A DNA stretch of 27,229 bases from a virus (IMGVR_UViG_3300017757_000107:1-27229); one strand, 5' to 3'; shown: positions 17,521-25,885, counted from the first letter of the stretch. Program-made: numbers and translations. The notes: generated from the letters alone by a model not told the origin.

Positions 17521-18513
17521 ATGAGAAAAACACACTTACGTACAATTACAGGTAATGGGTCAGTAGATAGTATTACAACTAGCTACGAGGGGCAGTACCT
17601 TGGCGAAATGATATCTGCAGCTTTATTGTCTGGGGACACTATCGACAAAGGCGGTATTACCGTAAAACCAAATGTAAAATACAAAGAAGTAATTAAAAAA
17701 TTGTCTTCTACAGGTATTGTAGGCGACGCAACTTGCGGCTTTGAAGTTACAGCGGATCAAATTACGCTAGAAGAGCGTATTTTAGAAATTAAGCCGTTTC
17801 AAGTAAATTTAGAAATTTGCAAAAAAGACTTTTTAAGCGACTATTTAGCTTTAGAAATGGGCAACAGCGCATACAAAAATTTGCCGTCTTCATTTGCTGA
17901 CTTTATTATGGCTCACGTAGCAGCTAAAGTAGCAGAGAAAACAGAGCAAAATATATGGGGCGGTTTAGGTGCAAACCCTGGCGAGTTTACAGGTATTACT
18001 GTAGAGGCTTTAGCTGACGGTAACGCAAACCAAGTACCAAACGTAACAGCTACAGCTTTTACAGCTGCAAATATTGTAGAAGAGCTAGGCAAAGTAGTAG
18101 ACGCTATACCAGCAGCAGTATATGGCAAAGAAGACTTACACTTATATTTACCAACTGGCGCGTTTCAAAAATACGTTAGAAGTTTAGGCGGTTTTGGTGC
18201 AGTAGCTGGTAACGGCGGCGGCGCTAACGGTGTAGACAATAGAGGCTCACTTTGGTATGATAACGGCGGCTTAACTTTTGAGGGAATTAAAGTATTTAAG
18301 GCCCCAGGTATGCCAGCAGACCACATTGTAGCGGCTGAAAAATCAAACTTATTTTTTGGTACAGCTTTGCTAGACGACATGGGACAGACAAGTGCTAAAT
18401 TGCTAGACATGGCAGACCTTGACGGCTCAGACAATGTTAGAGTAGTACTCAGATTTCAAGCTGGCGTAAATTATGGAGTATCGCAAGATTTAACGCTCTA
18501 TACTTTAGCATAA
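17521..18513 (+). CDS. Major capsid protein
   Basis: 330 aa after the scaffold and followed by a terminator; PNVKYK, LEICKKDF, NIWGG, DGSDNVRVV motifs. Confidence 0.85.
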   Translation: MRKTHLRTITGNGSVDSITTSYEGQYLGEMISAALLSGDTIDKGGITVKPNVKYKEVIKKLSSTGIVGDATCGFEVTADQITLEERILEIKPFQVNLEICKKDFLSDYLALEMGNSAYKNLPSSFADFIMAHVAAKVAEKTEQNIWGGLGANPGEFTGITVEALADGNANQVPNVTATAFTAANIVEELGKVVDAIPAAVYGKEDLHLYLPTGAFQKYVRSLGGFGAVAGNGGGANGVDNRGSLWYDNGGLTFEGIKVFKAPGMPADHIVAAEKSNLFFGTALLDDMGQTSAKLLDMADLDGSDNVRVVLRFQAGVNYGVSQDLTLYTLA

Positions 18514-18536
18514 TAAAACAAATATTTAATAAAATT

Positions 18537-18575
18537 AAGGGTAGGTAAGCTCAAAGCCTACCGCCCTTTTTTTTT
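18537..18575 (+). terminator. Probable terminator after the capsid gene
   Basis: aagggtagg...cctaccgccctt imperfect stem followed by a T run. Confidence 0.7.
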
Positions 18576-18599
18576 AATAACACTAAAAAACATAAATTT

Positions 18600-19136
18600 A
18601 TGAGCTGTAATACATTAAGCATAGGACGTACTTTACCCTGTACTAGCTCTGTAGGCGGTATTAAAGCCTTTTACGTTGCCAGCTATGGCACGCTAGGGGC
18701 CTTAAACGTAAGTTCAACTACAGGCGAGCTAGAGACAATAGGGGGTACGCCTACGCTATACAAATACGACGTAGAGGGTAGCAATGGTTTAGAGCAAGCT
18801 ATAACGGCTAGCGCTGAAAACGGCAGCGTCTTTTACGATCAAACTTTAACGGTTACGTTGAAAAAATTAGACAAAGCGACGCAATTCGAGCTACAAGACT
18901 TACTAAAAGCTAGAACGCATATTTTTGTCGAAGACTACAACGAAAACTTTTTTTTAATGGGCGCTACAAATGGGTGCCATAGCTCTGGGGGGTCCATAAC
19001 AACTGGGCAAGCCTACGGCGACTTAAGCGGCTTTAGCGCTATTACTTTTAATGCGCAAGAGACGCTACCAGCATTTTTTACGGCAGCAACAGTAATTACT
19101 GACAATGAGAGTGCATCACAAATTGAGCCAGCATAA
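18600..19136 (+). CDS. Major tail (tube) protein
   Basis: C..S.GR..PC..SVGGIK, ENGSVFYDQTL, TG.A.GDLSG; bracketed by terminators. Confidence 0.7.
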   Translation: MSCNTLSIGRTLPCTSSVGGIKAFYVASYGTLGALNVSSTTGELETIGGTPTLYKYDVEGSNGLEQAITASAENGSVFYDQTLTVTLKKLDKATQFELQDLLKARTHIFVEDYNENFFLMGATNGCHSSGGSITTGQAYGDLSGFSAITFNAQETLPAFFTAATVITDNESASQIEPA

Positions 19137-19172
19137 TATAAGGGTTAATAGGTATATGCAAAGGCTATAAAG

Positions 19173-19200
19173 AGGGCGCAGAAATGCGCTCTTTTTTTTT
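19173..19200 (+). terminator. Rho-independent terminator
   Basis: agggcgca-gaaa-tgcgctct followed by a T run. Confidence 0.85.
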
Positions 19201-19203
19201 AAG

Positions 19204-19230
19204 CAAAAAACTAAATTATAACGTTATATA
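19204..19230 (+). promoter_or_regulatory. Putative late promoter CAAAA-N13-CGTTATATA
   Basis: ATG 19234 is 12 nt after the C at 19222. Confidence 0.75.
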
Positions 19231-19233
19231 GAT

Positions 19234-19650
19234 ATGAAAGTATTAAAGCCGACAACTGACGAGCAAACATTTTACTTTATACCGCAAAGTTACGAAATAA
19301 CCGAGTTTTTAAGTTTAAGAGACGACCAAACTAACGAAACCGTAATTTATACTCCTACTATGGTAAAAGAAAACGACTTTATTAAAGTTACTGGCGTTTT
19401 TAATTTAGTAGAGGGTCATTTTTACGACGCCGAGCTAGTTAAAGACTTTGACGTATGGAATACAAATCTAGACTTTTGGCAGCTATCGCAAGACAACTGG
19501 GACGACAGCAAACCGCTATTAAACTTTGTAGTAGATAAAATTTTCTGTACAGACCAAGACATAGACCAGGCGCAAAATAAAAGGTATAGCATAAATAAAG
19601 GCGAATACCAAACGCAAAACACTTTCGACAATGACTATATAGTATTATGA
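19234..19650 (+). CDS. Virion-module hypothetical protein
   Basis: 138 aa, DKIFCTDQ motif, coupled to the portal gene. Confidence 0.6.
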   Translation: MKVLKPTTDEQTFYFIPQSYEITEFLSLRDDQTNETVIYTPTMVKENDFIKVTGVFNLVEGHFYDAELVKDFDVWNTNLDFWQLSQDNWDDSKPLLNFVVDKIFCTDQDIDQAQNKRYSINKGEYQTQNTFDNDYIVL

Positions 19651-21635
19651 AAAAACAACAAAAAAAACCTAGCGTAAAAGGCGGTTTAAAATTTATAAAC
19701 CTAAACACTTATACGTCGCCAGAAATTATAGAAGACAAAAAACAAGCCTGGGTCAGTTATGGCTCTGACAATTTGTACTATAGCTATCTAAACGACCTTT
19801 TTAACGGCTCGCCAACAAATTCGGCAGCTATTAACGGTATTGCGCAGCTTATAGCTGGGCGCGGCGTAGACGCTACAGACAGCAGTAAAAACCCAAACGG
19901 TTACGCTGTAATGAAAAAACTATTTACAGACGAGTGCTTACATAAAATAGCCATAGACTTAAAGCTATTTGGCCAGGCAAGCGTACAGGTAATATATAAC
20001 CAAGAGCGTACGCAAGTCGCGCAAGTGGACCATTTTCCTATAGAAACGTTACGAGCTGAACGCATGAACGAAGACGGCGAAATTGAGGCTTACTACTACA
20101 GCAGCGACTGGGCAGACGTAAAAAACAAAAAAGAATTAAAACGTATACCAGCTTTTGGTATGTCTAGCGAAAGCATAGAAATTTATTGTATTAAACCATA
20201 CAAGCCAGGTTTTTATTATTATTCGCCTGTAGACTACCAGGGGGCAACCCAGTATATAGAAATGGAGTGCGAAATATCAAATTTTCACTTAAACAGCTTA
20301 CTTAACGGTATGGCACCGTCGCTCTTAATGAATATGAATAGCGGCATACCAGACGAAGAGACGCAACGCGAAATAGAACAAAAAATTTACAGTAAATATA
20401 CTGGGACGTCCAATGCTGGACGCATAATTTTAGCTTTCAATAATGGGTCCGAAGAGCAAGCGACAGTCGAAACTATACAGCTGTCAGACGCGCACCAACA
20501 ATATAGTTTTTTGTCAGAAGAAAGCTCTCAAAAAATTATCATAGGCCACAGAATTACGTCGCCTATGCTACTAGGAATTAAAAACAATACTGGCCTAGGA
20601 TCAAACGCCGACGAGCTAGCCAGCGCTAGTATTTTATTTGACAATACCGTAATAAGGCCCTTTCAAGACCTTATTTTAAAATGCTTTGACGCAATACTAG
20701 CCTTTAACGACGTTAGCTTAAACCTATATATAAAGACCTTACAGCCGCTAGAGTTTATAGACTTAGAAAACGCTAGAACGGTAGAAGAGGTAGAAGAGCA
20801 AACAGGGCAAAAATTGTCTATGTCGGCTACAGAAATAGACGGCAAAACGGCTTATAGCACAATAGAAGAGGCCGAAGCTGCAGCCAAAGAAATAGGCTGT
20901 AAAGGACATCACGAACATACAGACGAAGAGGGCCAAACGTGGTACATGCCATGCGAAACGCACGACTTTAAAGCGCCATGCTGGGACGGCTACGAGCAAA
21001 TAGGTACAAAAATAAAAGACGGCGAAACGGTGCCTAATTGCGTACCATTGAGCGACGCCGACAAAATACGTGAAGAGCTATACAAGCGTTTAATGACAAT
21101 AGGCGAAGACGAAGACCTAGAAAATTACGACTTAATAGACGCCAGGCCAGCAAACGAATACGACAGCGTTTTACATAGCAGCTTAAATTTAGCTAGCACA
21201 GTAAGAAGTACGCCAAGTAAAAAGAGCGACCAGGACACTTTAATACTAAAAGTACGCTACGCATACATGGGCAACAACAACCCCCAGCGCGAATTTTGTA
21301 AGAAAATGTTTAACAACAAAATATACCGCGTAGAAGACCTAGACAGCGACAACCCAAACTACAACGGTAACGCTGACGGCGCAAACGCTGGTTTTGGTAT
21401 CGACGGCGCAGACAATTATAACGTCTTTTTGTACAAGGGCGGTCCGAATTGCCGCCATTATTTCGAGCGTAGGGTTTATTTAAGAAAAAACAATAAAAAA
21501 ATTACAGTTACAGAGGCTATTAAAAAAATTAACGAGCTAGACCCAAGTTTAAGGCCCGAGGCGCGTATAATTAAAAACCCAAAAGAAGTAGCTATGTACC
21601 CAGCAAATATGCCAAATAACGGATATTACAGATAA
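19647..21635 (+). CDS. Portal protein with long C-terminal extension (Cys/His modules and a MuF-like domain)
   Basis: YGSDNLY, SPTNSA, YYSPVDY, GTSNAG, GHRITSPMLLG, IRPFQ in the first ~380 aa; later REFCKKM...GGPNCRH. Confidence 0.8.
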   Translation: MKKQQKKPSVKGGLKFINLNTYTSPEIIEDKKQAWVSYGSDNLYYSYLNDLFNGSPTNSAAINGIAQLIAGRGVDATDSSKNPNGYAVMKKLFTDECLHKIAIDLKLFGQASVQVIYNQERTQVAQVDHFPIETLRAERMNEDGEIEAYYYSSDWADVKNKKELKRIPAFGMSSESIEIYCIKPYKPGFYYYSPVDYQGATQYIEMECEISNFHLNSLLNGMAPSLLMNMNSGIPDEETQREIEQKIYSKYTGTSNAGRIILAFNNGSEEQATVETIQLSDAHQQYSFLSEESSQKIIIGHRITSPMLLGIKNNTGLGSNADELASASILFDNTVIRPFQDLILKCFDAILAFNDVSLNLYIKTLQPLEFIDLENARTVEEVEEQTGQKLSMSATEIDGKTAYSTIEEAEAAAKEIGCKGHHEHTDEEGQTWYMPCETHDFKAPCWDGYEQIGTKIKDGETVPNCVPLSDADKIREELYKRLMTIGEDEDLENYDLIDARPANEYDSVLHSSLNLASTVRSTPSKKSDQDTLILKVRYAYMGNNNPQREFCKKMFNNKIYRVEDLDSDNPNYNGNADGANAGFGIDGADNYNVFLYKGGPNCRHYFERRVYLRKNNKKITVTEAIKKINELDPSLRPEARIIKNPKEVAMYPANMPNNGYYR

Positions 21636-21639
21636 AACT

Positions 21640-22143
21640 ATGGCAACAGCATTATTTATAAATAGAACAGACTTAGTAAAAAACACTATAATAAATGGCT
21701 CGGTAGATACCGACTTATTTATACAGTCAATAAAATTAGCGCAGCAGACGCATATTTTGCAGTATTGCGGCAGCGCGTTATATGACGAAATTTCTAATAA
21801 AATACTAAATAGCAACGTAGACGCCGACACAGAGGCTTTACTACAAGACTTTTTACAGCCTATGCTTATACATTTTGCTATGGTAGACTACTTGCCTTTT
21901 TGCTCGTACAGCATAAAAAATGGCGGCCTATTCAAGACTACCAGCGAAACAGGCGCAAACGTAAGTAAAGACGAAGTAGACTATTTAGTACAAAAGCATC
22001 TAAGTAGCGCGCAGTTTTATACTAGGCGTTTTATTGACTTTATGAGTTTTCACGCGTCGGCTAAATTTCCTAAATATTTTGAAAGTAAAAACGAGCAACT
22101 ATCGCCAGAAAAAAGCGCGGCGTTTACAGGCTGGGTACTATGA
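21640..22143 (+). CDS. Putative head-tail adaptor
   Basis: ALFI...GSVD.D....I..AQ..HI...G..LY pattern; follows the portal gene. Confidence 0.55.
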   Translation: MATALFINRTDLVKNTIINGSVDTDLFIQSIKLAQQTHILQYCGSALYDEISNKILNSNVDADTEALLQDFLQPMLIHFAMVDYLPFCSYSIKNGGLFKTTSETGANVSKDEVDYLVQKHLSSAQFYTRRFIDFMSFHASAKFPKYFESKNEQLSPEKSAAFTGWVL

Positions 22144-22238
22144 AAAAACAATATAAAATAAAAACTAAAAACGTTAAAAAGCTAGTAAGCTATTTACGTA
22201 AAGACAAAAAACAAAAAAATGAGTACACTAACAGGTAA
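22140..22238 (+). CDS. Small basic peptide (32 aa)
   Basis: MKKQYKIKTKNVKKLVSYLRKDK...; ATGA overlap with the upstream gene. Confidence 0.45.
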   Translation: MKKQYKIKTKNVKKLVSYLRKDKKQKNEYTNR

Positions 22239-23736
22239 AAAAATATCGCAAACGTATGAGGGTTTATTAAAAACTAGCGACGAAACGCCTTTGTCGGCAA
22301 CGCCGAAAGCAATTACAGACGGTTTAGGTAACAGCTCTGGTATAAAACTAGATACAAACGGCAATTTAGATGCTGGAAATACTATAAGTTTTGGATCACT
22401 TAAAGATACAGCCGAAAACATTACTATAAATAAGTTTATAGACCAGGCAGACGGCATAGTCAATAATGACAATGACACTAGCCTACCTACTAGCGCAGCT
22501 GTAAAAAACTATGTGGACCAGGCAGTAACGGCCGAAGACTTAGACTTTAGCGGCAATAGCGGTACTGGCGACGTAGACCTAGACAGCGAGGCGTTTCAAA
22601 TAACAGGCTCTAACGGCATAACTACAACCGCTTTAGATAATACGCTAGATATTGACGGAAGTACGCTACAAACGTCTATAAACACTAATACAGGCGACAT
22701 TTTAACAAACGCTACTAATATAACAGCCAATACTACATTAATTAACGAGCGTACAGCTGGTATAACAATAGGCGAAACAACTGGCGGCGACAGAGCAAAA
22801 GACTTTACGTTTCAAACTGTAAATTTTGGCGGTACCCCAAATAGTCAGTTTATTATGAGCCAGCAAGGCAAGTTTACTACTAAAAGTTTAAAAGTAGAAA
22901 ACGCCTTAGAAAGTACGGCAGCTGAAAACAAATTTTTAAATAATGGTAGGGTAGAAATAGGCTCAAATCAACAAACGTCTGGCTCTAGTAATTTGTCTTT
23001 AGGTTTAAACAATAATACCAATAGTAACTATACTTTAATAAGTGGCACAGGTAACGCAATACAAAGCTCTGTAAATAGTTTTATAGCTGGCCAAGGTAAC
23101 ACACTAATTGAAAGCCCAGAAGCCGTAGCTTTAGGCGAAAAAAATACTATACAAGACGCGCCTAGTTCTGTAGTTATAGGCGAAAAAAACTTTATAGACG
23201 GCGGCAGCGTAACACAGTCCTCTGTCCGTTCGCAAGCGTTCGGTTTTGGTAATCAAGTAGAGGGGTTTTCAAGTATGGCAGTAGGCGGTCAAAATAAAGT
23301 AACTACTGCACAAACTGGCTTTGCTTTTGGTTTTAAAAATCAAATAGGTGGGGATAGTTCAAATTTTGTAATAGGCGAAAACAACAAACAATTAGTCGGT
23401 AGAGGTGGTTATATGATAGGCGGCAACCTAAACGGCCAAACAAACACTATGGTTTTAGGCTACAGAAATGACATCACGAAAAGACCGACGCCAGACCAAA
23501 CAACAGGCTTATCTGACACTCGTATTGAAATAGGGGTAGGCGACGTAAACGACCATACAGCTATGTTAATTACAGAGGGTGGTGCAACAATAAGCGGCGT
23601 ACCGCAAGTAGCTAGAATAATATTACCTACAATAAAAGAGTTTGACTTTACAGACGACAACGACGCCGCAAATAATGGCATACCAATAGGCGGTTTGTAT
23701 CATTTTAAAGGCGACCTAAAAATACGGCTGGTTTAA
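22219..23736 (+). CDS. Tail fibre/receptor-binding protein with beta-helix-like repeats
   Basis: About 14-residue S..x(A/I)G..N repeats like YadA heads; Thr/Asn/Gly-rich; C-terminal GIPIGGLY. Confidence 0.75.
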   Translation: MSTLTGKKISQTYEGLLKTSDETPLSATPKAITDGLGNSSGIKLDTNGNLDAGNTISFGSLKDTAENITINKFIDQADGIVNNDNDTSLPTSAAVKNYVDQAVTAEDLDFSGNSGTGDVDLDSEAFQITGSNGITTTALDNTLDIDGSTLQTSINTNTGDILTNATNITANTTLINERTAGITIGETTGGDRAKDFTFQTVNFGGTPNSQFIMSQQGKFTTKSLKVENALESTAAENKFLNNGRVEIGSNQQTSGSSNLSLGLNNNTNSNYTLISGTGNAIQSSVNSFIAGQGNTLIESPEAVALGEKNTIQDAPSSVVIGEKNFIDGGSVTQSSVRSQAFGFGNQVEGFSSMAVGGQNKVTTAQTGFAFGFKNQIGGDSSNFVIGENNKQLVGRGGYMIGGNLNGQTNTMVLGYRNDITKRPTPDQTTGLSDTRIEIGVGDVNDHTAMLITEGGATISGVPQVARIILPTIKEFDFTDDNDAANNGIPIGGLYHFKGDLKIRLV

Positions 23737-23739
23737 AAA

Positions 23740-23901
23740 ATGAGCATTACAGATTTGAAAATATACACGTTAAATTTTAGTAGTCTAGCAATTAGCATGA
23801 CAAACATAGACTTAATTTTAAAACTTACTCTTTTAGTAGTTACTATAGGATATACTATACATAAATGGTATTTAATGAGTAAAAAAAATAACGAAAAATG
23901 A
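23740..23901 (+). CDS. Small membrane protein (53 aa), possible holin or lysis accessory
   Basis: IDLILKLTLLVVTIGYTIHKWY hydrophobic segment and basic tail, upstream of the endolysin. Confidence 0.6.
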   Translation: MSITDLKIYTLNFSSLAISMTNIDLILKLTLLVVTIGYTIHKWYLMSKKNNEK

Positions 23902-24032
23902 AATACATTATTAAAGGCTTACGTTTTTTAGCAAACAAATTAGAAAATTTTAAATGCGCGGTGCATAGAAACTGGAATATGTTTTTAGAGAGCCTTAAAA
24001 GTAAATGCGTATGCGAAAAATTAACAAAATAA
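23898..24032 (+). CDS. Small hypothetical protein (44 aa)
   Basis: MKYIIKGLRFLANKLENFKC...; ATGA overlap. Confidence 0.45.
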   Translation: MKYIIKGLRFLANKLENFKCAVHRNWNMFLESLKSKCVCEKLTK

Positions 24033-24439
24033 TAGTACACTGTACGGCTACGCCAGAGGGTAGAGACGTAAGTATTGACGAAGTAAGACGCTGGCACGTG
24101 GACGGTAGAGGCTGGCGAGACATAGGCTACCATTTTTTGATCCAAAGAGACGGCACAGTAGAAGAGGGGCGGCCAATAGAACAAACAGGCGCACACGTAA
24201 AAGGCGAAAACTGGGACAGCATAGGCGTAGCGTATGTAGGCGGCATGTCTAGCTACGGCGAACAAAGCGAGCCAAAGGACACTAGGACAGACGAACAAAA
24301 AGACGCTCTAATAGAGTTACTTTGCCAATTAAAAGACACTTACGGCGGCTATATATACGGACATAATAATTTTAGTAATAAGGCTTGCCCCTGTTTTGAC
24401 GCAAAAACTGAATACGAAAATATAAGCAATAGATATTAA
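24011..24439 (+). CDS. Endolysin, N-acetylmuramoyl-L-alanine amidase (T7 lysozyme-like)
   Basis: IIVHCTAT, DIGYHF, GAHVKG.N..SIG, GH...NKACPCF; start at 24011 or 24005. Confidence 0.92.
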   Translation: MRKINKIIVHCTATPEGRDVSIDEVRRWHVDGRGWRDIGYHFLIQRDGTVEEGRPIEQTGAHVKGENWDSIGVAYVGGMSSYGEQSEPKDTRTDEQKDALIELLCQLKDTYGGYIYGHNNFSNKACPCFDAKTEYENISNRY

Positions 24440-24589
24440 ATGTTTTTTACTATAATATTATTGTTTCCTAGTAGTTTTATAGTAGGTTTAAATTACTACC
24501 CAGCTGACGAAACGACAGACTTAAACGAAATAAACATATACTTATTTATAATACAAATAAAATACGCCTGGTATGAAAAAAATATTTAA
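24440..24589 (+). CDS. Small hydrophobic protein (49 aa)
   Basis: MFFTIILLFPSSFIVGLNYY...; fills the gap in the lysis cassette. Confidence 0.5.
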   Translation: MFFTIILLFPSSFIVGLNYYPADETTDLNEINIYLFIIQIKYAWYEKNI

Positions 24590-24968
24590 CTGGTTTAGTA
24601 AAGGGGTTATAGGCGAAGTAGGCAAAGTAATAGACGACTTATTTACTAGCGACGAAGAGCGTATACACGCTAAAAACGAAATACTTAAGGTACTTAAACA
24701 ACAGCAATTAGAGTTACAAAAATTACAGACTGAAATTATAGTAGCAGAGGCTAACGGTAATTGGCTACAACGCAGCTGGCGTCCTATCTTAATGCTAGCT
24801 TTTGGTTTTATAGTTATTTACGTAAAATTTTTAGCACCATTATTTAACTTCACTATACCGCCTTTAGAAAACGAGTTTTGGAATTTATTACAAATAGGTA
24901 TAGGCGGCTATGTAATAGGCCGTACAGGCGAGAAAATAGCAAAAGAATACGCTAGTACCAAAAAATAG
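24573..24968 (+). CDS. Holin (3TM holin-like)
   Basis: TSDEER, EA.GNWLQRSWRP, hydrophobic segments, IGGY..GRT.EK. Confidence 0.75.
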   Translation: MKKIFNWFSKGVIGEVGKVIDDLFTSDEERIHAKNEILKVLKQQQLELQKLQTEIIVAEANGNWLQRSWRPILMLAFGFIVIYVKFLAPLFNFTIPPLENEFWNLLQIGIGGYVIGRTGEKIAKEYASTKK

Positions 24969-24971
24969 GTT

Positions 24972-24992
24972 AAGGCCCTTAAAAGGCCTTTA
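24972..24992. terminator. Short hairpin ending the late region
   Basis: aaggcc-cttaaaa-ggcctt; weak T tail. Confidence 0.35.
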
Positions 24993-24999
24993 AAACGGT

Positions 25000-25100
25000 T
25001 ATACTAGTATATGTATATTCTAGTATATATATAGTAGTCTAGTATATAGTAGTATTTATATATAGTAGTTATATACAGTAGTCTACTATATAGTAGTATA
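25000..25100. repeat. Iteron-like TATATAGTAGT repeats and palindromes; candidate replication origin
   Basis: Copies at 25028, 25043, 25059, 25072 (1 mismatch) and 25087; palindromes at 25000-25011 and 25083-25096. Confidence 0.6.
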
Positions 25101-25192
25101 AAATATAAATAGTTTGCCAAACGGCAAATTTTTTTTTCTATTTTTTTATAAATTATAATTTCATAGTTTTACGCTAGGATCAAAAAAGCATA

Positions 25193-25612
25193 ATGTTAAG
25201 CAAAAAGTCTAAAAAGCCTACAGTTACCAAACTAAAAAAAAAGCTAGACACTATTTTTAGTAAATACGTACGTTTAAGTCATGCAAACAAAAGCGGCTTT
25301 GTTAAGTGTTTTACTTGCGACGTAAAAAAATACTGGGAGAAGGACGGCATGCAAGCTGGACATTTTATAAGTAGAAAACATACTATAACGCGCTGGGACC
25401 TTAAAAACGTTATGCCGCAATGTTATAGCTGTAATTGCCATTTTTACGGCAGACAATATATTTTCGGTAAAAACCTAGATAAAAAGTTCGGCAGCGGTAC
25501 AGCTGAAAGCCTTTTACAAAAAAGTCGTCAAATGCAAAAAAATACTGTTTCAGACTTACAAGACTTAATTAAATTATATACTGACAAATTAGAGCAACTA
25601 ACAAAAAAATAG
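25193..25612 (+). CDS. ninG: NinG/Rap-like HNH endonuclease
   Basis: FSKYVRL, CFTC, MQAGHFISR, TRWD..N..PQCYSCN. Confidence 0.85.
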   Translation: MLSKKSKKPTVTKLKKKLDTIFSKYVRLSHANKSGFVKCFTCDVKKYWEKDGMQAGHFISRKHTITRWDLKNVMPQCYSCNCHFYGRQYIFGKNLDKKFGSGTAESLLQKSRQMQKNTVSDLQDLIKLYTDKLEQLTKK

Positions 25613-25695
25613 TATATTTGCCCCAGTAAAACGCTAGTTTTGCTATTTATATCGTAGACAAAGGACAGTTTTTTTTAAGGCTGTCTTTTGTTTTT
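25613..25695 (+). ncRNA. Candidate ~70 nt small RNA (-7 box, hairpin, terminator hairpin)
   Basis: TATATTTG 25613-25620; agtaaaac-gcta-gttttgct; aaaggacagt...gctgtctttt. Confidence 0.4.
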
Positions 25696-25718
25696 ATAAA
25701 CAATTTGTGTATATTGCA
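25687..25718 (+). promoter_or_regulatory. Bacteroidota-type early promoter TTTG-N19-TATATTGCA
   Basis: Same layout as 6978-7009. Confidence 0.65.
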
Positions 25719-25741
25719 GTCAATTACGATATAATAAAATT

Positions 25742-25885
25742 ATGCAGCACACTACAGAATACCTACTCGCTAGAGTAGCAGCTCTCGAAAACGAGATAGA
25801 AAAATTAAACAACCAACTAGAATACCAAAAGGCCAAGTCAGAAACGTTGCAAAGCGCTTTAGACGAGGCCTATTTATTTATATAA
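25742..25885 (+). CDS. Small coiled-coil protein (47 aa)
   Basis: MQHTTEYLLARVAALENEIEKLNNQL...; first gene after the promoter. Confidence 0.65.
   Translation: MQHTTEYLLARVAALENEIEKLNNQLEYQKAKSETLQSALDEAYLFI

Noticed and set aside
22219-23736. Diversity-generating retroelement or invertible tail-fibre cassette
   Set aside because: No reverse transcriptase, invertase or duplicated template region seen.
25020-25100. CRISPR array
   Set aside because: Repeats are 11 bp with 2-5 bp gaps, with no spacer-length units and no cas genes.
161-25182. GGATCA pattern as type III restriction avoidance by strand bias
   Set aside because: Sites occur in both orientations (12 plus 2 variants versus 5), and avoidance would not produce even spacing.
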